NCBI GenBank assembly: GCA_038153405.1
Contig: JAYOYH010000056.1
Coordinates: 4,385 to 28,414 of the forward strand
Source: Gemmatimonadota bacterium
GTDB taxonomy: Bacteria > Latescibacterota > UBA2968 > UBA8231
Reading direction: 5' to 3'
DNA: 24,030 bases
Below, piece by piece: positions 16,146 to 23,896 of this stretch. Under the pieces are notes generated by a model. That model made no database searches. It was not told the DNA's origin and worked only from the letters and a program-made list of their open reading frames with translations. A program made the position numbers and the translations under genes. Each line of letters opens with the position of its first letter. The stretch's first letter is position 1.

Positions 16146-17162
16146 ATGCACATACTGGAACAGATTGGCATTGCGGATCTCAGCGACGAACGCCTGCGTT
16201 TTTATAGAGCCATTGGCGTTGATTCGATTCATCTCGAGCTGCGCGGCGGCAAGCCGCAGGCCGGCGCCAAAGTGCGCAGCACGGGGGCGGCTAACTCGAC
16301 GCTGGCGCAGGCGCTGCGCGCCGGACAAGACTGCACGGAGGAGCTAGAACAGGTGCGCGAGCAGGTCGAATCGCACGGACTCAAGCTCAACAACGTCTTT
16401 ATGTCGGCTTGGCAGGAGATCACGCTAGACGAAGAGGATGCCGAAGAAAAAATCGGTCATTGGTGCAAGATGCTCGATAGTTTGGGCCGGGCCGGCATTC
16501 CCTGCCTGGGCTGGAATTTCAAGCCGATGGGCAACTTTCGCACGACCTCGGACGTGGGCCGCGGCGGCGTGACCTACAGCACGTTTGATTACGCAGAGTT
16601 CGAGCGGAATCGCCCAGCACCGCACGACCCGCCCGTCTCCGAAGAGCAAATGTGGCAGCGCATGGAGCAGTTTCTGCGGGCGGTTATTCCGGCCGCAGAA
16701 AAGGCCGGCGTGCGCATGGCACTGCATCCGGATGACCCGCCCATTCCCGAGCCGCTGGGCGGGGTGGCACAGATCTGCTCGACGCTAGAACAGTTTCGGC
16801 GCACGCTCTTTGACATTGCGCCGAGCCACAGCAACGCGATGCTCTTTTGTCAGGGCTGTATGACGGAGCTGCTCGGTCCGGAAGATATTTACGACGCCAT
16901 TGCCGAGATGGCGTCAAAGAACAAGATCGCATGGGTGCACTTTCGCAACGTGCGCGGCCAGCTGCCGCGTTTTACGGAAGTCTTTATGGACGAAGGCCAG
17001 GTGGATATGAAGCGGGCGATGGAGGTCTATCGCGACAACGGATTTAACGGCCCCTATATGATGGACCACACGCCGCACTTTCCCCACCATGACGACCTGT
17101 ACGGCAAGGCCTACGCCATTGGCTACATTCGGGCGTTGATACAAACCGTTTACGGTCGATAG
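16146..17162 (+). CDS. uxuA: Mannonate dehydratase (UxuA) family protein
   Basis: FLRAVIPAAEKAGVRMALHPDDPP, FCQG, VHFRNVRG, F.EVFMDEGQVDM, DHTP, AYAIGYIRAL. Start reassigned to ATG 16146 (GGGAGA upstream). Exact substrate uncertain. Confidence 0.88.
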   Translation: MHILEQIGIADLSDERLRFYRAIGVDSIHLELRGGKPQAGAKVRSTGAANSTLAQALRAGQDCTEELEQVREQVESHGLKLNNVFMSAWQEITLDEEDAEEKIGHWCKMLDSLGRAGIPCLGWNFKPMGNFRTTSDVGRGGVTYSTFDYAEFERNRPAPHDPPVSEEQMWQRMEQFLRAVIPAAEKAGVRMALHPDDPPIPEPLGGVAQICSTLEQFRRTLFDIAPSHSNAMLFCQGCMTELLGPEDIYDAIAEMASKNKIAWVHFRNVRGQLPRFTEVFMDEGQVDMKRAMEVYRDNGFNGPYMMDHTPHFPHHDDLYGKAYAIGYIRALIQTVYGR

Positions 17163-17185
17163 GCCCAATAGGGAGAAGGCAAAGG

Positions 17186-17731
17186 ATGCCGTTTGATTTT
17201 ACGCGATTAGACATCTCCGACCTCGTGCTTATTGCGCCGCGCGCCTTTCAGGACGCGCGCGGCTACTTTATGGAGACTTATAAGCGCTCGGAGTTTGTCG
17301 ACAACGGCATAGACGACGAATTCGTGCAGGACAACTTTTCGCACTCGGTGCGCGGGGTGCTGCGTGGCCTGCACTTTCAGAAGGCGCCCGAGGCGCAGGC
17401 CAAGCTGGTCAAAGTGCTGCGCGGAGCGATCTTTGACGTAGCGGTCGACATTCGCCGCGATTCGCCGACCTTTGGCCAGTGGCAGGGCGTTTCGCTGACG
17501 GAGGAAAACGGGCAGATGTTTTACATCCCCGCTGGATTTGCGCACGGCTTTTGCGTGCTGAGCGAGGAAGTGGATTTCACCTACAAAGTGTCGGCCGAAT
17601 ACGCGCCGGCGCTGGACCGCGGCGTGCGCTGGGACGACCCGTCGATTGGCATAACCTGGCCCATCGACGCGCCGCTCTTATCCGAAAAAGACAGAGCGCT
17701 GCCGCTGCTGGAAGCGGCGGACGTAGACTGA
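17186..17731 (+). CDS. rfbC: dTDP-4-dehydrorhamnose 3,5-epimerase
   Basis: F.DARGYFMETY, FVQDN.SHS..GVLRGLHFQ, QAKLV, IFDVAVDIRRDSPTFGQW, IPAGFAHGF, YKV...Y, WDDP.IGI.WP, LSEKD. Confidence 0.96.
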   Translation: MPFDFTRLDISDLVLIAPRAFQDARGYFMETYKRSEFVDNGIDDEFVQDNFSHSVRGVLRGLHFQKAPEAQAKLVKVLRGAIFDVAVDIRRDSPTFGQWQGVSLTEENGQMFYIPAGFAHGFCVLSEEVDFTYKVSAEYAPALDRGVRWDDPSIGITWPIDAPLLSEKDRALPLLEAADVD

Positions 17732-17753
17732 ACAAAATAGGAGGACGTGTGCG

Positions 17754-18614
17754 ATGGCCGTGCTGAGCAAAGAAGACTGGGCCTTTTGGGAAGCCAATGG
17801 CTATGTAGTGATTCCCAACGCCGTGCCGCAGGAAAACCTCGATCGCATGATCGAGGCAATCTGGTGGTTTCTGGATATGGACCCGAACGATTCGGAGACG
17901 TGGTACAAGTACAAACCCTATACGCGCGACGACCGCAGTTCGCCCATATCGGCTGGCGGCATGGTCGAGATGTATCAACACCAAGCCATATGGGACAACC
18001 GCCAATACCCCAAGGTATACGAGGCCTTTTCCGAGATATGGGGCGAAGAAAAGCTGTGGGTGTCGTTGGACCGCGCCAACATGAAACCGCCGGCACGCGA
18101 AGACAAGCCCGATTGGACTAATCGAGGTATGATTCACTGGGATTTGGACACCTCGCAGCGGCCTATTCGCTTTGGCGTGCAGGGCGTGCTCTACCTGACG
18201 GACACGGCGGAGGATCAGGGCGGCTTTCAGTGCGTGCCCGGTTTTAACAACACCTTTGAGGAATGGGTCAAGACGCAGCCGGAGGATCGCAATCCGCGCC
18301 ATCCCGACTTGGAAGGACTCGAGGTAAAGTCGATCCCTGGCAAGGCCGGAGACCTGCTGATCTGGCACCGACTGCTGGCGCACGGCAACGGCCACAATAC
18401 CTCGGACAAGCCGCGGTTGGCTCAGTATATCACCATGAGCCCGGCGCGCGACGACGACGAGGCCGCCCGTCAAGCGCGCGTGCAGTCGTGGCAGGAGCGC
18501 CGGCCGATGGCCAACTGGCCGGGCGACGCGCGCGAGTGGGAGCACGAAAAGCTGCAGACGGCCGAACTGACGCCGCTGGGTAGAAAACTGCTCGGCGCCG
18601 ATCTATGGAATTAA
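17754..18614 (+). CDS. Phytanoyl-CoA dioxygenase (PhyH) family Fe(II)/2-oxoglutarate oxygenase
   Basis: FWEANGYVVIPNAV, IHWD (HxD), VQGVLYLTDT...GGF.CVPG, AGDLLIWH..L.HG...N....PR. GGAGGA RBS. Confidence 0.93.
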   Translation: MAVLSKEDWAFWEANGYVVIPNAVPQENLDRMIEAIWWFLDMDPNDSETWYKYKPYTRDDRSSPISAGGMVEMYQHQAIWDNRQYPKVYEAFSEIWGEEKLWVSLDRANMKPPAREDKPDWTNRGMIHWDLDTSQRPIRFGVQGVLYLTDTAEDQGGFQCVPGFNNTFEEWVKTQPEDRNPRHPDLEGLEVKSIPGKAGDLLIWHRLLAHGNGHNTSDKPRLAQYITMSPARDDDEAARQARVQSWQERRPMANWPGDAREWEHEKLQTAELTPLGRKLLGADLWN

Positions 18615-18647
18615 AGTTGCCGCCTCAGATGAATAGGAGCGCACGCC

Positions 18648-19655
18648 ATGGCTGAACAGACTCGACGCATCGTGCTGGCCTCGCGGCCGCAGGGCGTCCC
18701 CAGCGCGGAAAACTTCCGCTTGGAAGAGGCGCCGATTGCCGCGCTGCAGGAGGGCGAAATCTTGATTGGGACGCGCTTCCTGTCGCTCGACCCCTATATG
18801 CGCGGCCGCATGAACGCCGGGGCTTCCTACGCGCCCGGCGTCGAGCTCGGCGAGGTCATGGTCGGTGGAGCGGTGGGCGACGTGGTGGCCTCGCGCCATC
18901 CCGACTTTGCCGAGGGCGACGTGGCCCAGGCTTCCATCGGCTGGCAGTCGTACGGGGTGGTCACAGGGCAAGAGGCGCGCAAGGTCGATCCGCGGCTAGC
19001 GCCGATCTCCACATCGCTGGGCGTGTTGGGCATGCCCGGTATGACGGCCTACTTCGGCCTGCTCGACGTGGGCCAGCCATGCGCGGGAGAGACCGTGGTC
19101 ATCTCGGGCGCGGCCGGTGCGGTGGGATCGCTGGTTGGCCAGATTGCCCAGATAGAGGGCTGTCGCGCCGTTGGCATTGCCGGCAGCGACGCCAAGGTCG
19201 ACTACATCTGCAGCGAGCTGGGCTTTGCCGGCGGCTTCAACTACAAGACGGCGGCCAACTATAGAAAATCTTTGGGCGCGCTCTGCCCCGACGGCGTCGA
19301 CGTCTACTTCGACAACGTCGGCGGCCCGGTGTCGGATGCGGTTTTTACTCAGCTCAATACGGGTGCGCGCGTTTCGGTCTGCGGCCAGATCTCGCAGTAC
19401 AACCTCGAGAGGCCGGAGATGGGCCCGCGCCAGACCTGGCTGTTTATCACGAAGCGCCTGGCGATGCGCGGCTTTCTCGTCTTTGACTTTGCCGAGCGCT
19501 ACGCCGAAGCGCTGCACGCGCTGGCCGGTTGGCTGCGCGCGGGCAAGCTGTCCTACAGAGAGGACATCGTCGACGGGTTGGAAAACGCGCCGGCCGCCTT
19601 TATCGGCATGCTGCAGGGCGACAATACGGGCAAGCGCCTGGTGCGCGTGGCCTGA
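18648..19655 (+). CDS. NADP-dependent zinc-free MDR oxidoreductase (CurA/prostaglandin reductase-like)
   Basis: LASRPQG, LSLDPYMRGRM, LGMPGMTAYFGL, SGAAGAVGS, GVDVYFDNVGG, CGQISQYN, G.NTGK. Confidence 0.95.
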   Translation: MAEQTRRIVLASRPQGVPSAENFRLEEAPIAALQEGEILIGTRFLSLDPYMRGRMNAGASYAPGVELGEVMVGGAVGDVVASRHPDFAEGDVAQASIGWQSYGVVTGQEARKVDPRLAPISTSLGVLGMPGMTAYFGLLDVGQPCAGETVVISGAAGAVGSLVGQIAQIEGCRAVGIAGSDAKVDYICSELGFAGGFNYKTAANYRKSLGALCPDGVDVYFDNVGGPVSDAVFTQLNTGARVSVCGQISQYNLERPEMGPRQTWLFITKRLAMRGFLVFDFAERYAEALHALAGWLRAGKLSYREDIVDGLENAPAAFIGMLQGDNTGKRLVRVA

Positions 19656-19660
19656 GCGTT

Positions 19661-20341
19661 CTACGCCTTTATGAGCCGCAGAAGTTCGGCCGCGTAGCGC
19701 TGTCCCAAGGTGCGCAGCGCTGCCGCGTCGAAGTGAATGCCGTCAAACTCGCCCAAGCCGGTCGCACTGGCAAAGCCGCACCGATCTGCGCTCACATTTT
19801 GCAGGGCGTCGTTGACGAGAGCGTGGTGCACGCAGGTTGGGTGGGCGGCCAAAAAGTCGCCCAGCCCGCCGACGATAAAGGGCACGTCGGTCGCGTCGAG
19901 CGCCCGGCGCAGGGTGCCCACCATTTCAGTTAAACGCTGTCCGTAGCTCTGCGCCAGCTCGATGTCCTGCGCGTCAGTCTCTCCCTGGTGCCAAAGAATG
20001 GCCTTGAGCACACCCCCTTTAAGCGCGTCGCGCGCGATGCCTAGGGCGCGTTCGTAGAGATCTTCGCCCGGCATCCATCGACTCAGCGGCGTGCCGCCAA
20101 CGGCGGCCGGCACCAAACCGACGCGCGCTTGGGGAAAGGCCTCCAGATAGGCGCTGGCGCAGGACATACTCAGGCCAACGCCGGCCGTCTCCTTGTCGTC
20201 GTGCAGCGGCTCGACGGCGGCCTGCCACTGGCCGTCTCGGAACATCTCGATGCGCCTGTCGGCGATGGGGTCTACTTCGCCCGGCAGACCGCGCCCGGCC
20301 ATATTGGACTGGCCGACGAGCAGGATGATATCTCTGGACAT
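19661..20341 (-). CDS. SASA/CE6-type SGNH carbohydrate acetylesterase
   Basis: LLVGQSNMAGRG, A.EPLH, AVGGT....W, ILWHQGETD, DGIHF. Start reassigned to ATG 20341 (GGAGA upstream). No signal peptide. Confidence 0.92.
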   Translation of the reverse strand: MSRDIILLVGQSNMAGRGLPGEVDPIADRRIEMFRDGQWQAAVEPLHDDKETAGVGLSMSCASAYLEAFPQARVGLVPAAVGGTPLSRWMPGEDLYERALGIARDALKGGVLKAILWHQGETDAQDIELAQSYGQRLTEMVGTLRRALDATDVPFIVGGLGDFLAAHPTCVHHALVNDALQNVSADRCGFASATGLGEFDGIHFDAAALRTLGQRYAAELLRLIKA

Positions 20342-20472
20342 GGCGTGTTCTCCGCGAAGAAATGTTAGGCTAATAGCGCGTGAATCTACGCATTGCTCGG
20401 TGTTTGTGCATACCGGTGGTGCACCGCCAACGCTGCTTGCTGTAAATGCTCCGAAAGCGTTTTTTTTAGCGC

Positions 20473-20491
20473 GTTGTAGGTTTATACAACC
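20473..20491. promoter_or_regulatory. Candidate operator palindrome in the divergent intergenic region
   Basis: GTTGTA-N6-TACAAC (20473-20490), overlapped by GGTT-TATAC-AACC (20479-20491), about 25 nt upstream of ATG 20517. Confidence 0.4.
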
Positions 20492-20516
20492 AATACTCCG
20501 AAAGGACCTCTTTCCC

Positions 20517-21266
20517 ATGAGTGCAGCACTAGACTACGGCGTGCAGAGCTTTTGCTTTCGCCATTTCAAAGACAACGCCGACGTGGCGCAGAAGGTGCTC
20601 GATATCGGCGTCAAGAGTATTGAGGTGTGCGCTGTGCATGCCGACTTCAACGACCCGGAAGGCTGGAAGGACGTCGTCAAAACGTATAACGACAAGGGCG
20701 TCGATGTGGTGTCGATTGGCGTGCAGACCTTTACGGGTCAGGATTCGGACCGCGACTTTTTCGAGTGTGCGGCCCTTGCCGGCGCTAAGCACATCTCCTG
20801 TCACTTCCAGCTGGAGACCTATGGCAAGGCCATTGCCCAGGTGCGCAGCTGGTCGCGCGAATACGGTATCCGCGTCGGCATCCACTGCCACGGCGGCTAT
20901 CACTTTGGCGGTCAGCCCAGCGTGCTCAAGCATCTGATGGGACTCGGTGCGCCGGAAGTGGGTCTGTGCATCGATACGGCGTGGGCCATGCAAATCGGTC
21001 CACATCAGGGCAATCCAGTGAAGTGGGCCAAGGACTTTGCCGGCCAGATTTACGGCGTGCATTACAAGGATTTTGTCTTTGGCCGCGACGGCATGTGGGA
21101 AGACGTCGTCGTCGGCGAGGGCAACCTCGACCTGAAGGCCTTTGTTGGTGCATTGGAAGAGGGCGGCTTTGATGGCATGGCCGTTATCGAGTACGAAGCC
21201 GACGTGGAAAATCCCGTGCCGGCGCTGACCAAATGCGTCGAGACGATGCGCGCTCTGGCCGGTTAG
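20517..21266 (+). CDS. Sugar phosphate isomerase/epimerase (xylose isomerase-like TIM barrel)
   Basis: GVQSFCFR, IEVC, GIHCHG, GLCIDTAW, VHYKD, VGEGNLD, GFDG...IEYE. Start reassigned to ATG 20517 (AAAGGA upstream). Confidence 0.9.
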   Translation: MSAALDYGVQSFCFRHFKDNADVAQKVLDIGVKSIEVCAVHADFNDPEGWKDVVKTYNDKGVDVVSIGVQTFTGQDSDRDFFECAALAGAKHISCHFQLETYGKAIAQVRSWSREYGIRVGIHCHGGYHFGGQPSVLKHLMGLGAPEVGLCIDTAWAMQIGPHQGNPVKWAKDFAGQIYGVHYKDFVFGRDGMWEDVVVGEGNLDLKAFVGALEEGGFDGMAVIEYEADVENPVPALTKCVETMRALAG

Positions 21267-21289
21267 TTCTTTGGATACATAGTGTTTGG

Positions 21290-21327
21290 AGCAAAGCGGC
21301 TCTGGAGCATTCCGGAGCCGCTTTGCT
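21290..21327. terminator. Stem-loop, probable terminator
   Basis: AGCAAAGCGGCTCTGGA-GCAT-TCCGGAGCCGCTTTGCT: 17-bp stem with one G-U pair, 23 nt after the stop at 21266, between convergent units. The U-tract is weak. Confidence 0.7.
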
Positions 21328-21423
21328 GTGTGCGATCCTGTGGCATGTGGGAGCAACCCCAAGAGACACCTGCTCTAAGACATTTGCTACGCGTTTCCGT
21401 TCGGTTGCTTCCGATCGGACTCG

Positions 21424-21728
21424 CTAGGTCATTAAGCGTACTATTAGTGCTCTCGCAATCGAGCCAACAGAGACTGCTGGTAGAAATGCCATTAAGAAAG
21501 AGACCTCAATGAGAAGAGGTTCTGGCCGATCAAAGCGCATAAAGCGGATGAAGGTCACGGTCGCGCCAAACACGACACCTGCTGTTACTGCTATCGCACC
21601 GCCTATGCTCTAGTCTGAAGCAGCGTCGTGCACTTGGGATCGTTGACCACAGCACCATACGGCTAAAAAATGAGTCCCGCCAATGACAGTATAATGTAAA
21701 AAGGTCGGGGAAGATCGAAGCGTTGTGA
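21424..21728 (-). pseudogene. Probable degraded small membrane-protein gene
   Basis: Minus-strand reading gives ...FYIILSLAGLIF/(frameshift in a T6 run)LAVWCC...SD*SIGGAIAVTAGVVFGATVTFIRFM...LLIEVSFLMAFLPAVSVGSIARALIVRLMT*. Three hydrophobic segments, internal TAG at 21610-21612, visibly lower GC than the flanks. Confidence 0.4.
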
Positions 21729-21781
21729 GGGGTATCGTTCCCGTTCTGCGCGATTTCAGCGTCGTGTATTAATGGCTTCCC

Positions 21782-22801
21782 CTACAGCTGCGACTGGTAG
21801 ATCGCGTCGACCAACTGCATGGTTTTCAGCGCGTCGTCAAAGTTAGTTTCGGGCTGTTTACCCTTGAGCATGCAGTCGACAAAGTGCTGGTTCATTTCAT
21901 AAGCACCGAAGGCGCGGTAGGCCTCTTGGCTATTGGCCATGGTGAAAGGGTCGAGTTCTTCGACCGGCTCGAGCTTGTTGTCGGCAAAGAGCCGGCCGCC
22001 CTCTTCCGGATCGCCGAAAAAGGAAATGCCCGGTGCGTGAATCTCCACCGAAAAAATGCGCCGACCGGCCATGAAGTTGTTGAGCAGCAGGCCGGTGGCG
22101 CCTGAGCTGAACTTGATGAGCGCCAGGTGGAGATTCCAGTGGTCGGCGTCGAGCCGGCGCGAGTCGGCGGCTACGCTTTCGACTTCGCCGCCGCACAGAT
22201 AGCGCAGCGTGTCGACGGCGTGGATGCCATCGGCCGTCAGCATATCCATGCCGCCCTTGTAGTAGGCCCCAGCCCCGACCCAGTTCTTGTAAAAACTAGC
22301 GTGTGCCGTGTGCACGCTGCCGCGCGTTTCGCACTGCGTCTTGCCGCGGCGGATCAGCGGCGAGAAGCGGCGCTGAAAAGTGACGCCGGTGAGCACCTTG
22401 TGCTTTTTAGCTAGCAGAGCTAGCTGGCGCGTCTGCTCGGTGGTAACGGCCGGCGGCTTTTCCACAAAGAGATGGCAGCCGCGCTCGATAATATCGGCTG
22501 ACACGTCGTAGAGGTGGTGCGGCGGCATGATGGCGTAGACGGCATCGGGTTTTTCGCGCTCAATCATCTCGCGGTAGTCGCTGTAGCGACCGCGAATGCC
22601 AAAGCGGTTGCAAGCTGACTGCAGGCGGTTTTCATCTAGGTCGCAGGCGGCAACGACGTCGGCCTGTGGAATGTCGTGCAGGGCCGGGTAGTGCGTGCTA
22701 GTAGAGCGACCACCGGCGCCGATTAGAGCGATGCGAACGTTCCTGCGCGCTGCCTTGCGCGCAGCGGGCTTTTTCCCTTTTGCCGTTGTCGTCTTAGCCA
22801 T
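21782..22801 (-). CDS. Gfo/Idh/MocA family oxidoreductase
   Basis: IALIGAGG, AACD, Y.DYREM, HLFVEKP, FQRRF.P, DGIHAVD. Start reassigned to ATG 22801 (GGAGA upstream). Confidence 0.94.
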   Translation of the reverse strand: MAKTTTAKGKKPAARKAARRNVRIALIGAGGRSTSTHYPALHDIPQADVVAACDLDENRLQSACNRFGIRGRYSDYREMIEREKPDAVYAIMPPHHLYDVSADIIERGCHLFVEKPPAVTTEQTRQLALLAKKHKVLTGVTFQRRFSPLIRRGKTQCETRGSVHTAHASFYKNWVGAGAYYKGGMDMLTADGIHAVDTLRYLCGGEVESVAADSRRLDADHWNLHLALIKFSSGATGLLLNNFMAGRRIFSVEIHAPGISFFGDPEEGGRLFADNKLEPVEELDPFTMANSQEAYRAFGAYEMNQHFVDCMLKGKQPETNFDDALKTMQLVDAIYQSQL

Positions 22802-23066
22802 GTGTGTCTCCATTGCCGTATAAGAGTGGACTGCGGCGGGAAAATAGGGCAAGGATTCGCCGGCGACAAGGCGCCAAGAGGCAAATAGATCCCAATGGCC
22901 GCGTGGGAGCTGGCGACCTGTTGCGGATGGGGAAAGTGTTGAGCAATTTTATTAGTGGAGCGACGGATACACCGAGCGGCCGTTAGCTGCCACTGTAAAG
23001 AGGAGGCGCCGTCGTTACCTAGTGTGTGGGCGTGGGGTTGCGATCCGTTCAGATCGGGAGATTTTT

Positions 23067-23825
23067 ATGCGTTTTTTTGCAGGAGTGGCGGCATCTATTT
23101 TCTTATTGAGCGCCTGCGGTGGCGACGATGAGAGCACGGGAGAGAACCCGCTCAGTCAGTCCGAAGAGCGAGAAAAGTTGAGTTCCATGCGTGCCGAAAT
23201 AGAGCAAATAGTCGACGCCCGTGGGCCGGTGTCTACCTGCCGTTCGCTTGCGCTGGGGGCCAAGCCCTGCGGGGGGCCGTGGCAGTACTTGGTCTACTCA
23301 ATAGCGCAGACGGACTCGGCGATATTGGTCCAAAAGGTGCGGCAGTACAACGCGCTGGAATCGGATATAAACGCGCGCTTTGGTGCGATCTCTGACTGTG
23401 CGTTGGTCGTCGAGCCGGCACTGGGCACGCGCGACGGCCAGTGCATTGCGGTGAACGCCGATATGGGATTGACTCGGAGCGATACGTTGCAGCTGGCAGA
23501 CGGAGTGGGCATCGATGCCAAGAGCGATCCGTTTGTCGTTAGCAGCGTGCGCATAGACGGCGACGTGCTCGCCGTGCAGGTGCGCTACAGCGGCGGTTGC
23601 ACCAAGCACGACTTTGTGCTGCTGGATACGGGCCTTGCTACGCGCTCCATCCCACCCCAGCATCGACTGCGTCTAGTGCACGATGCGCACGGCGATTCCT
23701 GCGAGGCCTATCTGACGCGCGACCTCTTTTTTGACATAAGCACACTTAGGAAAGTATATTTTTCTCTGGATCAAATTGCGATCCTGATCGACGGCGTGGA
23801 AGGCACCACTCTCTACACCTTCTAA
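23067..23825 (+). CDS. Two-domain Cys-containing lipoprotein
   Basis: ATG 23067 after GGGAG; lipobox LSAC (Cys17). Domain 1: GAKPCGGPWQYLVYS...SDC. Domain 2: DGDVL.V.VRYSGGC..HDF.L...L.HDA.GDSCEA. Confidence 0.85.
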   Translation: MRFFAGVAASIFLLSACGGDDESTGENPLSQSEEREKLSSMRAEIEQIVDARGPVSTCRSLALGAKPCGGPWQYLVYSIAQTDSAILVQKVRQYNALESDINARFGAISDCALVVEPALGTRDGQCIAVNADMGLTRSDTLQLADGVGIDAKSDPFVVSSVRIDGDVLAVQVRYSGGCTKHDFVLLDTGLATRSIPPQHRLRLVHDAHGDSCEAYLTRDLFFDISTLRKVYFSLDQIAILIDGVEGTTLYTF

Positions 23826-23840
23826 GCGCTGTTCCGATCG

Positions 23841-23896
23841 CCAATAGACGAAGAGGCCCGCTTCTCCTGTGAGGAGCGGGCCTCTTCGTCTATTGG
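23841..23896. terminator. Long inverted repeat between convergent genes, probable bidirectional terminator
   Basis: ccaatagacgaagaggcccgct (23841-23862) and agcgggcctcttcgtctattgg (23875-23896) are 22-bp perfect arms. Confidence 0.8.

Noticed and set aside
17577..18545. 322-aa minus-strand ORF
   Set aside because: Antisense shadow of the well-supported rfbC and phyH genes; no motifs; expected at high GC.
20193..20518. Overlapping N-terminal extensions of the esterase and isomerase ORFs
   Set aside because: Both genes have RBS-supported downstream starts (20341 and 20517), leaving a normal divergent intergenic region.
20529..21362. 277-aa minus-strand ORF
   Set aside because: Antisense to the TIM-barrel isomerase; no recognisable motifs.
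21690..21695. TATAAT on the plus strand
   Set aside because: No -35 element and no downstream sense gene; likely chance in a lower-GC patch.
22925..23000. Cobalamin riboswitch suggested by GGGAA and GCCACTGTAA
   Set aside because: The GGTG-AA-TCC stem-loop and B12-box elements are absent, and the downstream gene is not evidently B12-related.
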